64,000 nt of DNA, taken from assembly GCF_963921235.1 (NCBI RefSeq), contig NC_086097.1, positions 166,720,001-166,784,000 of the forward strand. The letters run 5' to 3'. The translations under genes and the position numbers were made by a program. The notes beneath the pieces are model-generated. The model did not search any database. It was not told where the DNA came from and was given only the letters and a program-made list of their open reading frames with translations. The stretch is from Mobula hypostoma. Its lineage: Eukaryota. This document shows, one piece after another, positions 22,691 to 34,482 of the stretch (the stretch's first letter is position 1; every line of letters starts with the position of its first letter).

Positions 22691-24634
22691 GTTTAAAGGT
22701 TCATTTATTATCAAAGCATGTATCCCTATACAGCTCTGAAATTTGTAATCTCCAGGTAACCATGAAACAAAGAAAAAACATGAAAGTCATTCAGAGACAA
22801 AGATCAAACCCTTCCCCCAATACAAAAAGGAATAGCATCCCCATAATCAATCCCCAAAACTCTGCACAAAATGGGACAGGAGTATCGACCCCCCAAAATA
22901 CAACTCCTCCTCCACACAAAAAACTAACAGAACACCAAGAGATAGATTAAGAGAATCTTATGGTTGAAAGAAAAATGAGGATTAACCAGGAAGGAAGGGT
23001 TAGATTAATATTGAAGTAGGTTAAACAATCTCACTATGTTCTATGTTCAATGGTAATAGCTCACTTCAGAGCTTTGGAGTGAGAGATGAAATTCAGAAAA
23101 TAAAAAGATTCCATAAGTAACAATTTAAAATAGCACGACATGTGATCAGAGCCAGATAGTGCAATCATTTTGATGCTATTGGCAGGGTTGGGACAGACTG
23201 AATCAATGAATCTGAGTGGTCAGAAGCTTGTGGAATAGTTAAAGGATCTAAAGAATGAGACAGGTGGAAGACAAAATCCAAGCAATGAGGGTGAGGAGTG
23301 TATAGTTACAATGGGTGATGGGAAAGAGCCTGGGGTTGTAGGAGTTATGGGTGAATATAATTGGTGCCGGAGAGGGAAGAGGGTTGGGATTTAAAAAAAA
23401 AACACATATTGGGAGCCTCAGTTTTGCATTTCTTACATTTGGATGAAATTTGGGGTGATGTGGAGTTTTCATCTCTGAAGTCGATTGTTGTATGCACTAA
23501 AATGAATAGATCAGCTGAATGGTGCTGAAAAATGCTGCTATTTTCAGATGTATTAATGGTGTTGTCACGTTGCTTATCAGATTAACTAAAATGCTGACTC
23601 ATTGGCATAGAGCCATGGCATGTAAGCTACAATAAAGATTTGAACACCGAGTGGTTTAAATTCCAGATTATATCAGAAAAATCTTTGTTCCTCTTTTATT
23701 AAGAAATTTGCTGCTTTTCTTTCTGTATCAAGTACATTGTGACTTTGACTACATTTGTGAATGCAGAACTCGAAAAAAGAGAAAAACTCAGAGAATAAAC
23801 CTACAAAAATAACCTTAAGTGCAACACTTCAGTGAATGACCTCAAGCAAAAGCTTTTGCCTTCGATTTAATCCATTAAAATCAGTTTTTTCCTATAAATA
23901 AATTCATCGCAAAACAGAATTCATCAGTGTCACTGAGAGGTTAATGAATTGCATACAAGTTCTATGTAGTTAACCTTGGACATTGGCAAAATAGAAACAA
24001 AAATATTACCAGAAATTGGCACAATACTGCATTAAGAAGCATCAAGAAGAAAGAAAAATTAATAAGAAAAATACACACAGCAATAGAAAAATGCGTGTTT
24101 ACAGATACTTGACAAAATCCTGCTTTACATCTGTAGCATATCTGCATGGATTTATGTCACAGTTGATCAGGTCTACAAGCCAATCTAAAAGCACTGCCAC
24201 AACCTTGATGTAAGCAATATTTAAGGTTCTTCTTCACATACTTTACGTTCATGAAAATAGAGTTTGACTTGAAACTTTATTTGTCATGTTTTGATGCAGG
24301 AAGAAGAAATTCTTACATCCCAGTCTATCTGCTTAAGTAGGTGCAATAAATGACAAACAGTTATTATAAGCAAACAACATGTCTAACTTGAAGATGGAAA
24401 AGAACAGCATACATTAAGACCCCTAAAGACATCCAGCTCGATATAAACACTTCCAAATTCTAGTTAAATTCATGGTGATTTAAAAAGTTATCGCGCAATA
24501 GAATGTTTAAAATATTTTTAAAATGTTATTCATTTAATGCACTTCTCTTATCAGTTATTCCAAGGAAGGATATCAGCAGGAACGTTATGAAAGAGCCCAC
24601 TTATTCAATTAGATATTGTACTGTTAGTGTACAA

Positions 24635-24840
24635 TGAGCAGCTGGTGCATATCACACCCTGGTTATGTGACTGCTGAAGCCAGGCAGACAATCTCTTAGG
24701 AGTATTGTTAAAGGATGGAGTCACCCGAATAAACTGCACTGCACAGAAAAAAGGCAATGGCAAGCCACTTCTGTAGAATTAGCCAAGAACAGTTATGATC
24801 ATAGACCATGATCACCCATGTCATATGATGATGATGATGA
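24635..24840 (+). mobile_element. SINE/RTE (BovB-like) 3' end
   Basis: AAGGCAATGGCAAGCCAC motif similar to RTE-BovB 3' ends, followed by a (TGA)n tail. Confidence 0.5.
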
Positions 24841-25894
24841 CCGCTAGAAGTCCTCATTGTTGTACAAGCCATCAAGAGACCTCAGATGACTATGTTTTCT
24901 TTGCTTCCTTTAAACAACTGTATGGTGAATTTTCAAAGATTTACTTTGCCAATTCCAAACTTTTCACCGGGAAATTCCTTAAGTCTTTCCATGTTCTGGC
25001 ACATGAACTTTGATTGAATTATAGTACAAATCCGATCTCCTCCTATGAAAGAGAATTTCACTGAACCACATTTTAAATTACAGTGATAGAGCACAAGAAG
25101 ACTCATGGATTCTTTAAAATACAGAGGTGTATTTCCAGTACCCTTATCTTTGCTCTTGGAAACCCCAATGTTTACTGCAAACAATTCCTTGGCTGCTAGC
25201 ATGAAATGAAGTGAAGAATAAGTCATTGAGCAGAAATAGGACTTTCAGCTCACCATATCCATGCTGACCATCAGGTGGGTTTCCATGCTAATCCCATTCA
25301 CCTGTACTTAACCAGTGCCAGTCAAGTGGCATTCAATTTCTTAAATTAATTACTAGGTAGTTAAATATTGTGAGAATACCTGCCTCCACAACATATTCAG
25401 CAATACTTTACAGATTGCAACCACTCTCTGAGTGAAAACGTTTTCCTCCAATCCCCTCTAAACCTCTCACCCTTACTCTACGCATGTGCTCTGAAATTTT
25501 ATACATCTCTGCTATGTGAAAACATTTCTTACTATTCACTCCATCTATGCACCTCATAAATCTGTATACCTACGCAGCCTGGTTTCAGTTATCAGCAATG
25601 GCACAGCAATATTTTGCATGGTCTGATAAGTTGGAATCACAGTGCCTCCAGTTAGGCGTAGTCAACAAATGTTGTCTTCGTAGAGATGCTTAGATCCCAC
25701 ACGTGAATAAAAAAGATAGTTAGCATCAGCAAGACAAAGGTTAATGTTTGAAGTGCAGGACCTCATACTCTTACTGGAAGTAATGAAGTTCCTTATCCAA
25801 ACTGACCTAGTATCAGATGCCAACTAAACATGTGTTCAGATATAATCAGGTGAGATTTTGCCTGAATTTTTAACAACTGAATGGATATTCAGTT

Positions 25895-25936
25895 TCATGT
25901 TGTTGCTATACAAGGTCATGTTGTTGCTATACAAGG
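25895..25936. repeat. Perfect 21-bp tandem duplication TCATGTTGTTGCTATACAAGG x2
   Basis: Direct reading. Confidence 0.9.
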
Positions 25937-26505
25937 TAAAGGCAAAGTAACCCAGCAGTAGTGGGAATAGAACAATCCTCAGCAAAGCCTGAAATTTCAA
26001 CCTACTTCAACAAGTCCTTCCAAATCTATGACTCTACAGTGAAGGACACGAGCAACATACATAGAGCAATTCAGCCACCTATAAGTTCCTCTCCAAGTTG
26101 TATAGTATCCTGACTTGGAAGTATGTCACTATTCCTTTGTAGTAGATATGTCTAAAACCAGGAAGTCCCGACTGTGGACAAGTAGTGTTTTGAGGGATGG
26201 GCGAAAATTGTTGGCCTTGTAGAAGATGCTAAGTAGATGGTTAGCATCTGGAAAACAAAAAAAGTCAATGTTTCAAATACAACTTCAGACCTCAATCAGA
26301 AGTGCAGAAGCTCCTGATCTAGAATATTAATCTAGCTTTCAGATGCAGGCTGATCAATGCATTACTGTTATTTATTTGAATGGTTAAGGAACACCTTGCA
26401 GATATTAATAGTCTTCAAATAGCCTGATGTAGGATGTTGAGTGACCTTCAGTCTTCCTTTTAAAATTATTATTTAATGAACTGCCATATAATTCCAGAAT
26501 ATTAC

Positions 26506-26609
26506 CTGAAACCCTGATCTTTTTGGTAGTTCTTCATCTTCTCTGACTTCTTCGTCATTCTCCTCCTCACTGTCTGTCTCAAAGAGATAGTAGTCTCCAC
26601 TCCGTACCA
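26506..26609 (-). CDS. PIEZO2: PIEZO2 exon (104 nt, phase 1->0): (M)VRSGDYYLFETDSEEENDEEVREDEELPKRSGFQ
   Basis: cctgcgtag|TG ... CAG|gtaat; latch-region motif SGDYYLFETDSEEE. Confidence 0.95.
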
Positions 26610-27949
26610 CTACGCAGGAGAAAATAACATTAATAGTGCAAAAACAATGAAATGTTTGGGCTATTGAATGTAACCTTTCAAAAAGGAATAATGAATTTCG
26701 TCATTTGATTTTAACCAGCTGGTATGAATAAAACAGATGGAAAGTTCTTAATTTGCCATGACAATAATGTCAAAGAGAGAAAGTGTAAAGAATGTACAGC
26801 ACTAATCTGTTACCTGTATCCAACGCAAGGAATGCACAAGGAAATCAAGAGGAGGTAGCCAGGTTGACAGATCTTAACAACGAACTAGTAGCAGATGGAA
26901 AATGTGAGAAAAGATGGAGAAACAGAGAACTAATATTGCAAAGACTGGCAATATTTCTGTGTCAGTATAGTGGATAAGGAAGTGAGATGTTAAAGCAGAG
27001 GCTCAATTGAAGTTCGGTCAAATGTAGATTCCGTGGACCGATCGCTAGAAACATAATTTTTAGCTTTATATTTTTCAATTTCAGTTCTAAATACTCCATG
27101 CAGAAGCATGCATTTTCAATGGAAATTAAATAAGACAAAATCTGGACAATAAATAACATAAAATAACACAGAATTTCAGCATAACACAATTCATAACAAG
27201 CTTGTTTCATAAGGTTTGTTTTCAGATTTACATTTGACTGAATGTCAGCACATTAATGAAGCACATCTAGACATATACCAAATAATAGACATGGTTGTTC
27301 TGACAATGCATGTTAACTTTACAGAATTGCTGTAAAAATAGTTAACTTGTTAAAAGTTATTTATTGATTACATGTGTACTGAATTGCAAACAAACTATTT
27401 AAATAATATATTATACCTTACAATCAATTCAGTATTCACTTGTAAAACAAATCACATAATGAAAATAAATTGTCATTGACTTCACACATCTTTCTGTCCA
27501 GTTACATTTTCACTGCATTTACATTTCTAAAGGGTAATTGCTTAATCATGGGAGTAAGGAAGGCAGGTGGGATGAGGGCAATGAAATGTAGATATAGTTG
27601 AATCAGCAGATGGTTTTAACTTGTGCATTTAGATACTAAGTGAAAAGTATTGACCAGATCATGGCATTTCAATCAACTTTTGGGCTTTTGTACTTTTGGG
27701 CTTCCTAGTAACATTGAAGCTTTGGTTCTGGGGCTCTGCTGTGGTGAGGCAGATAGAGAATGGAGAGGAAGCCCCTGAATGAAACTTGACCCACCATTGT
27801 TCTGATGGCTTTTGTGCTGTGCTATGCCCTCATCACAGTATTCAATGGCTCTGGCAACCAGAGATGTTTTAAAACATTTGCAATTGAATTAAATAATAAA
27901 AAGTACTTAAAAAATTTAGTGAGTTACAGGAAAGTAAAAAACTTAATTG

Positions 27950-28440
27950 TACAGCAATACAGGAAAAACGAGTGAAACTCAATGAGTCAGGCAAGACCTG
28001 TGGAGAAAACAGTCCAATGAACAATTAACTTCTTGGATTGAGGCGCATTATCAAGAAGAAAAAGAAAAGGGATGCCAGTGATAGGTGGATTCAAGTGAGA
28101 GGGAGTGTGATAGAGAGGTAGGGAGAGGGAGTGAATGAAGTAAGAAGCTCAGAGGTGACAGGTGTAAATGCAAAGGCTGAACGAGATGGAATCTGATAGG
28201 AGAGGATAGTGGATTATAGAATCAAGGGTTTGAGGTGAGGAGAGGAACCAGTGGGAGGAATGTGTGCATGGCAGTGGAAGGTAAAGAGATGGGGGCTGGT
28301 GGAATGAGAGGAACAACAAGGGGGAACAGAGGTGTGAGATTATTGTGATATTCCTGCCATCAGGTTGGAGGTTACCAAGATGGAATCTGAAGTGCTGTTC
28401 CTCTAATCTGTGTCGAGTCTCAGTTTGGGCTAATAGTAAC
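27950..28440 (-). mobile_element. Penelope-like element 3' fragment
   Basis: Peptide RLEEQHFRFHLGNLQPDGRNI (GIY-YIG C-terminus type), homologous to the arms at 49855-50903. Confidence 0.65.
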
Positions 28441-29362
28441 TCATTTTGCAGGTTAAGGAAAGTCATGAGGAATAGGATTGATGGGAGGTAGCATAGACTC
28501 AGTGGGTCAAATGGATGCCTATATCATAAGAAAATATGAAATAACTATAAGGTATGAACAGAATCAGATAAAGGTTGAAGGACCAGGTAAGAAATGTATC
28601 CACTCACATAGTTCACGAGGTTATCAACTCCTCCTCAAGTGGAAAATGGACAGGTAAAACAGCCCAAAATGCAATGATGTGTGTGCAGTAATTCTTTTCA
28701 GGAGAACCTGCCAGCCATTAGCATGATTTAGCGCATTGCTAACACACTTATAAAGAATGGTTTATAAAATGGTGGCATGCTCAGATGCAGTGGCTTCTAC
28801 AGGGACAAGGAAAAGTGTCATTGTCTTCTTTAAACATATTTTTTCAATCCCAAACCCTGCTGGGCATTAAGAACTTAAATCAGTGAATTGCTCATTGGTG
28901 GAGAAACTGAAGGAGCTGAACTTGATGAGGATTGCGCTGTTGCCTGTGGCAGAGGGGCGTTGGAGGAATCGGTGCATGAAGGCAGTGTTCATTCTAACGG
29001 TGTTTGTCTTAGCTGCTTTTCTTGTGATGGCAAGACCCTGTTAGACATTGCTAACGCGCAATGCTGCAGTCAGTCTAATTTACCAATTTATTGGTGGATG
29101 GCAGGGGCATAATGAGGACTAGGCCTCAAGCCATGGTATTGCCTGTTTACTGCTGCCCAGGAGAGAGGCGTTGGAGCTGGCATGCTCCAGCAGAGTACTG
29201 TGGGGGCCAGTGGCATGGCATCCAAGCTGGAGTCAGTGCCCCCTCCCCCCCACCCCCAGTGCCTGCTTGGCAGAAGACAAGCTGGATTGTGTTAGAATGC
29301 TGCAACATTCATGGACTTGGACAATTTTTTTTGGTGTGATTGTATTTTATTGATATCTTATA

Positions 29363-31644
29363 CTGTGCCTTGAAAAAGTATTGAGCCCCCAACCCTTTGT
29401 TCACATAAGTGAGTATTACAACTAGGGAATTTGATCAATTTAACAAAGAATTTTTATTTGTGAATTACATACTTTCTTTTTTTCCCAGCAGAGCCCAAAA
29501 TACAGGGAAAATTGTAAAGCATGAAAAAATACAAATTCAAAAACTGAAATGTCAGCAGTTCAAAAGTATTCATCCCCCTTTGTTCAGTACTTAGTTGAAC
29601 CACCTCTCTCCGCTATTACAGTCAGTAGTCTTTTTGGATATATCTCTATTAGCATTGCACAATGCAATGGAACAAGATTTGTTCATTCCTCCTTGTAAAA
29701 TTGCTCAAGTCAGTGTGCCAGGTCAGTTGGAGGTCTTGCCAGAGATGTTTGATCAGTTAAGGACAGGACTCTGACTGGGTCATTTAAGAACATCAATTTT
29801 CTTCATTTGATGTTACTCTGGCAGTGTGCTTTATGTTGCTGAAGAGCATCTCTTTCTTTCTTTCTTTTTAAATCTTTTTATTGAGTAAGTATACAAAAAA
29901 GGTAAGCCATATAAACATTAATACAATGTTAAAGTATAATAAAATTCCAAAAGATAACAATACCAAAAAGAAAATACTACAAACAATGTAATTTAAGCAT
30001 AAGAAACCAAGATAACATAATAGTATACTAGATTTTATATATATCAATGGAAAAAAAAAGAAAAAAAAAAACCCCAAAAAAAAAACCCACCGTGCAACTA
30101 ACTAAAAGCAAAGCAAAGCAATGGGCTAACTTGAAACCAAACAGAGTTAAACTTAAAATCACGTCCTCAATCCCGACCTCCATTAAAACAGTGAAGAAAA
30201 AACAAGAAGGGTAAATATTACATTAAATGAAAATATCGAATAAAAGGTCCCCAAATCTGTTCAAATTTAAATGAAGAATCATAAAGGTTACTTCTAATTT
30301 TCTCCAGATTCAAACATAAAATCGTCTGAGAAAACCAAAAAAAGGTAGTTGGAGCATTAAGCTCTTTCCAATGTTGTAAAATACATCTTTTCGCCATTAA
30401 AGTAAGAAATGCAATCATTCTACGGGCTGAAGGGGAAAGATTACTAGAAATTTTAGGTAGTCCAAAGATAGCAGTAATAGGGTGAGGAGAGATATCTATA
30501 TTTAATACCTTAGAAATAATATTGAAAATATCTCTCCAAAAAGTTTCCAAAGTAGGGCAAGACCAAAACATATGAGTTAAAGAGGCTATCTGCCCCGAAC
30601 ATCTATCACAGAAAGGATTAATATGCGAGTAAAAACGCGCTAACTTATCTTTGGACATATGTGCTCTATGAACCACTTTAAATTGAATTAGGGAATGGAG
30701 CATCTCCATAGCATGATGCTACCTCCACAATATTTTATACCAGGAATGGCGGATGTGCAGTATTAGATTTATGCCACACGTATCAGTTAGTGTTGGGGCC
30801 AAGAATTTCCACTTTCGTCTCATCCAACCACAAGACCTTCTTCCAGATCATTATGATATCTTCGAAGTGATGCTTTGCAAAGTGTTTATGGACAAGGATA
30901 TGCTTCGGTTTTAGCCAGGATTTCTTCCTTGCCACTCGTCCACAAATACCCTTTTTGTGCAAGGCCTTAGAGATTGTGGAGCCACGAACATCATCTCCAG
31001 TTGCAGCCGCTGACTTCTGTAGTTCACGCAGAATGACTGTTCGCATCAGAGTAACCACTCTTATAAGTGCCTTTCTTCTCCAGCAACTAAGTTTAGCAGG
31101 GTGGCCTGAGCTAGGCAGTGTGGCTAGGCAGATGGACTGCACTGAGCTCCGAGGTATGTTCAGTGCCTTTGAGATGGTCGTCTACTTTTTCCCAGATTTG
31201 TGCTTCTCTATTATCATTTCCCTGAATTGTCTTGAATGCTCTTTTGTCTTCATTTTGGTTTCGTCTGTTGAAAATCTACCATACAGTTGGACATTACAGA
31301 GACAGGTGATATTTATTCTTATGAATTCATTGAAAACAGGCGATCCTCCAATTTCCTACATTAGCAAATTGGATGAGTTGGTAAGGTAATATACAGTATT
31401 ACACCTGAGGAGAGTTAGCATAGTAATCACAAAGGGCATGAATACTGTTTCAGCCTCACAATTTTGGTCTTTAATTTTTAGTAATTTTTGGACAGGGTTT
31501 TAGAATTTTTCTTTTGATTTGACATGATGCATAATGTTTTGTAAATTAGCTCAAAAATACTACTTCAGTATATTTTAAATGTAGAAAATGAGACAGTAAA
31601 ATGTGAAGATAATTGTGGGAGCTGAGTACCTTTTCAAGGTATTG
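29363..31644 (-). mobile_element. Defective Tc1-like DNA transposon
   Basis: TA-flanked TIRs CTGTGCCTTGAAAAAGTATTGAGCCCC / revcomp CAATACCTTGAAAAGGTACTCAGCTCCC; transposase remnant 30783..31142 (HTH region, RVARKK, WKKVLWLDETK). Confidence 0.9.
29853..30697 (-). mobile_element. 5'-truncated L1 inserted in the Tc1 element
   Basis: ORF 30218..30709 (HSLIQFKVVHRAH...CDRC...HMFWSC); 9-bp TSD GAGCATCTC at 29844-29852 and 30698-30706. Confidence 0.92.
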
Positions 31645-32912
31645 TATGTGCTTGCTATCCTATATGTACTTGCTATCTTTTATGTGCAATATATGCCCTG
31701 TGCTGTGCATGGCTATTGGTACTGTGTTTTGCAGCTTGGCCTCGGAGTAATGCCGTTTCATCTGGCTGTATTCATGTATGGTTGAATGACAATTAAACTT
31801 GTTTACCCACACCAATTGTCCAAAACAACTGAAGCCAAATATCTTAATAGTAAACTCAAGCTAACTACTTTAAAGGTGTCAAATGGATTTGGCTTTTCAA
31901 AATTATAAATAGACAGAAAGGAAGCAGTTGTGAAAATTAATGACAATTCTGTGTGAAAATCAAGCAGTCCCAGCAAACCTCGAATGAATTTACACCCTCT
32001 CCCCGATAGCTCACAGCATCCCAGAACTGACCTTAGCCTCCAAAATAACCAATTTGGTTTAACATTTAACAAATACTTCATTCCCTTGAATAGATCAAGA
32101 CTTTCATTACTTTCATGCCTCGTTTATTCACATAAATAAAATTCAACCTGAAACACATCAATAAAGGAGGCCGCTTGATTGTGTCAAACAGGTGCAAGCA
32201 ATGAAGTCTTACTGTCTGGCCGAAGGGCATTGTTATGCTTCCTGTGTGCATTAACAAGCTGCACTAACACAGGTGGCTTTACAGATCAGGAAAAAACCTT
32301 GATAAAGCTAAAATACTGTGTCCTTTAATAATCAACCATTTATTTTTTGTTTCCATGTTGTGTCCATAACCGACAAATAAAAAAAAGCAATTGACTTCCA
32401 TCTGACTATTAGTGACTGCAGCTGCTCCTGAAAAACTGAATTACTTTATGTAGTAGGTCAGTTAATTGCAATTGAAAAGCAATGCTGTATTACTCAAATT
32501 CCTTAATTGCATCCAACAAAACGTTCAAAATTTGGCAGGCAAAGAATGACAGAACTAACAGCTTCAAATACTGTGATCAGTTACAGTGCAATGCAAAATG
32601 GTCAGATGATACTTAATACAGCTGTAGTTTCACAATTGGTTATGCATTCAACATGGATTCAAACAACTATGGTGAATGAGTATAGAATGACTCAGATGCA
32701 GCAAATTGGCATCTGTCCATCCTTAGTTAAAACTGACCCATAAAGCCCATCAAAATAACAACAGTGGGATAAAAACAAATCCATGCTTTGAGCTAGAAGA
32801 AACATTGATTCATTATTTTTTTTAAAACTGAAATTTTAAGATGTGCAGTTGTCTATTCAAGGAAACTTGGTTCATGAGTAGCACATATAACAGATGATTG
32901 AGGCAAACCTAC

Positions 32913-32984
32913 TGGAAGCATGGTCAACCCAGGGTCGCCACCACTGCTTTTTTTTGCCCTTGGCTTTCTCTTTCTCTGGTTCTC
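32913..32984 (-). CDS. PIEZO2: PIEZO2 exon (72 nt, phase 1->1): (G)EPEKEKAKGKKKQWWRPWVDHAS
   Basis: gttttag|GA ... TCCA|gtaggt; KAKGKKKQWWRPWVDHAS identical to human. Confidence 0.95.
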
Positions 32985-34180
32985 CTAAAACAAAATAGGT
33001 CCAAACATTAATTTTGTCAAACAAAAGCAAAATGATCAGGTGGGCATGTCTGATATCAGCAGAGTTTACAACTCATGAGGTTTACACATGCCGAAACATG
33101 TTTACAAGGAATTTCATGCAAGAAAAAAAGTACTTTAGTAATACAAAGACAGTAACTATTGCACTTTTTGTCAGGACATCCATAATATGAATTATTTCCC
33201 CATTTCCAGAGTGGTTTCCCCCTAGCATTATTTGTTTTTTAAACTATGAAATTGGTTCATGATATTTGGTTTTCTGCCAGATAGTTCAAACCATTTCATG
33301 TTTAGAACTTTTAAAATCAGCCAAACTACTGGTAATTCTATATAATTAGAAAATATGCATGCAGTTTAATTTAAACTGAAAGGACATAGGATAAAGTAGC
33401 TGAATGTGTGTCAGAATGTGTGGAGTTGACAAATGTACTGCCATACTCCCTAGAGCCTGCCCAGTTGCCCTTTATTCCAGTATGTCTTTCCCCAAAAGAG
33501 GAACTCACTTTCACTGATCAATCTCTCTATCCCAGTCCAAACAAAGAACCTTCACATTATGTTTATCAACATTGTGGTAGGGTTTCAGATATGAACTGGT
33601 TGTGGCAAAAGATTCGTTTCATTCTAATCTGGTGCATTATCTAATGATAAAGGGATCTCACCTACCCCATGCATATTTATTACTGCTTTGTAATAGAGAT
33701 CTCACATCCCCTAAGTTATCAATGTATCAATCCTCAGTTAAAGATGTCCAAACACTTTTCTTTTTGACAATAAAAGGAAACACATATGAAAAAGATACAC
33801 TACTCAATTCATCAGTACTTATTTCATAACTTGGCACCAGTGCACACTTGTTTTGCCTCTGGACAAATGTGAATCTGAGTATTCATTAATTACTGATATC
33901 AGCCTATTGATTACTGCTAGAAATTTGCATGACAGTTCCTTACTTTTTGTTTTAAAGAGACATTGCCCATTGAAAGCCAACTGAAAAATCGCCTGCATTA
34001 AATGGATAGCAAGGGAATGTTATTACAAATCCTTTCAATATTAGTCTATTTATAGTGGCAGTAATTGCTAGGCCTTTACTACTAATATATCATGCACTGG
34101 CAATGACAACTTAATAATAACAGGAAACAAATAATCATAAGGACTTTCCATAAAAAGTAAGAAAAATATTTTAACCGAAT

Positions 34181-34482
34181 AAAGTAAAGTAAAGGCATCC
34201 GTTAGTCTTGCGAGACAATGGATCTGCGCCAGGGCGCAGGCCTGGGCAGGGTTGTATGGAAGACCAGCAGTTGCCCATGCTGTAAGTCTTCCCTCTCCAC
34301 GACACCAATGTTGTCCAAGGGAAGGGCATTAGGACCCATACAGCTTGGCACCAGTGTTGTCGCAGAGCAATGTGTGATTAAGTGCCTTGCTCAAGGACAC
34401 AACACGTTCCCTCGGCTGGGGCTCGAACTCACGACCTTCAGGTAGCTAGTCCAATGCCTTAACCACTTGGCCACGTGCCCAC
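34181..34482 (-). mobile_element. Full-length tRNA-headed SINE with RTE-type 3' end
   Basis: Minus strand begins GGGCACGTGGCCAAGTGGTTAAGGC (A box) ... GAGTTCGAGCC (B box); ends GACTAACGGATGCC(TTTAC)n; imperfect 11-bp TSD TTTAACCGAAT/TTTAACTGCAT. Confidence 0.85.

Noticed and set aside
23970..24080. Strong pyrimidine tract plus cag on the minus strand suggesting a microexon
   Set aside because: Available donors give 17 or 52 nt, not frame-preserving, and the longer one has a stop; may still be a regulatory element
34410..34482. tRNA-like sequence
   Set aside because: It is the head of a SINE, continuing into SINE body and tail with a TSD; no proper acceptor stem
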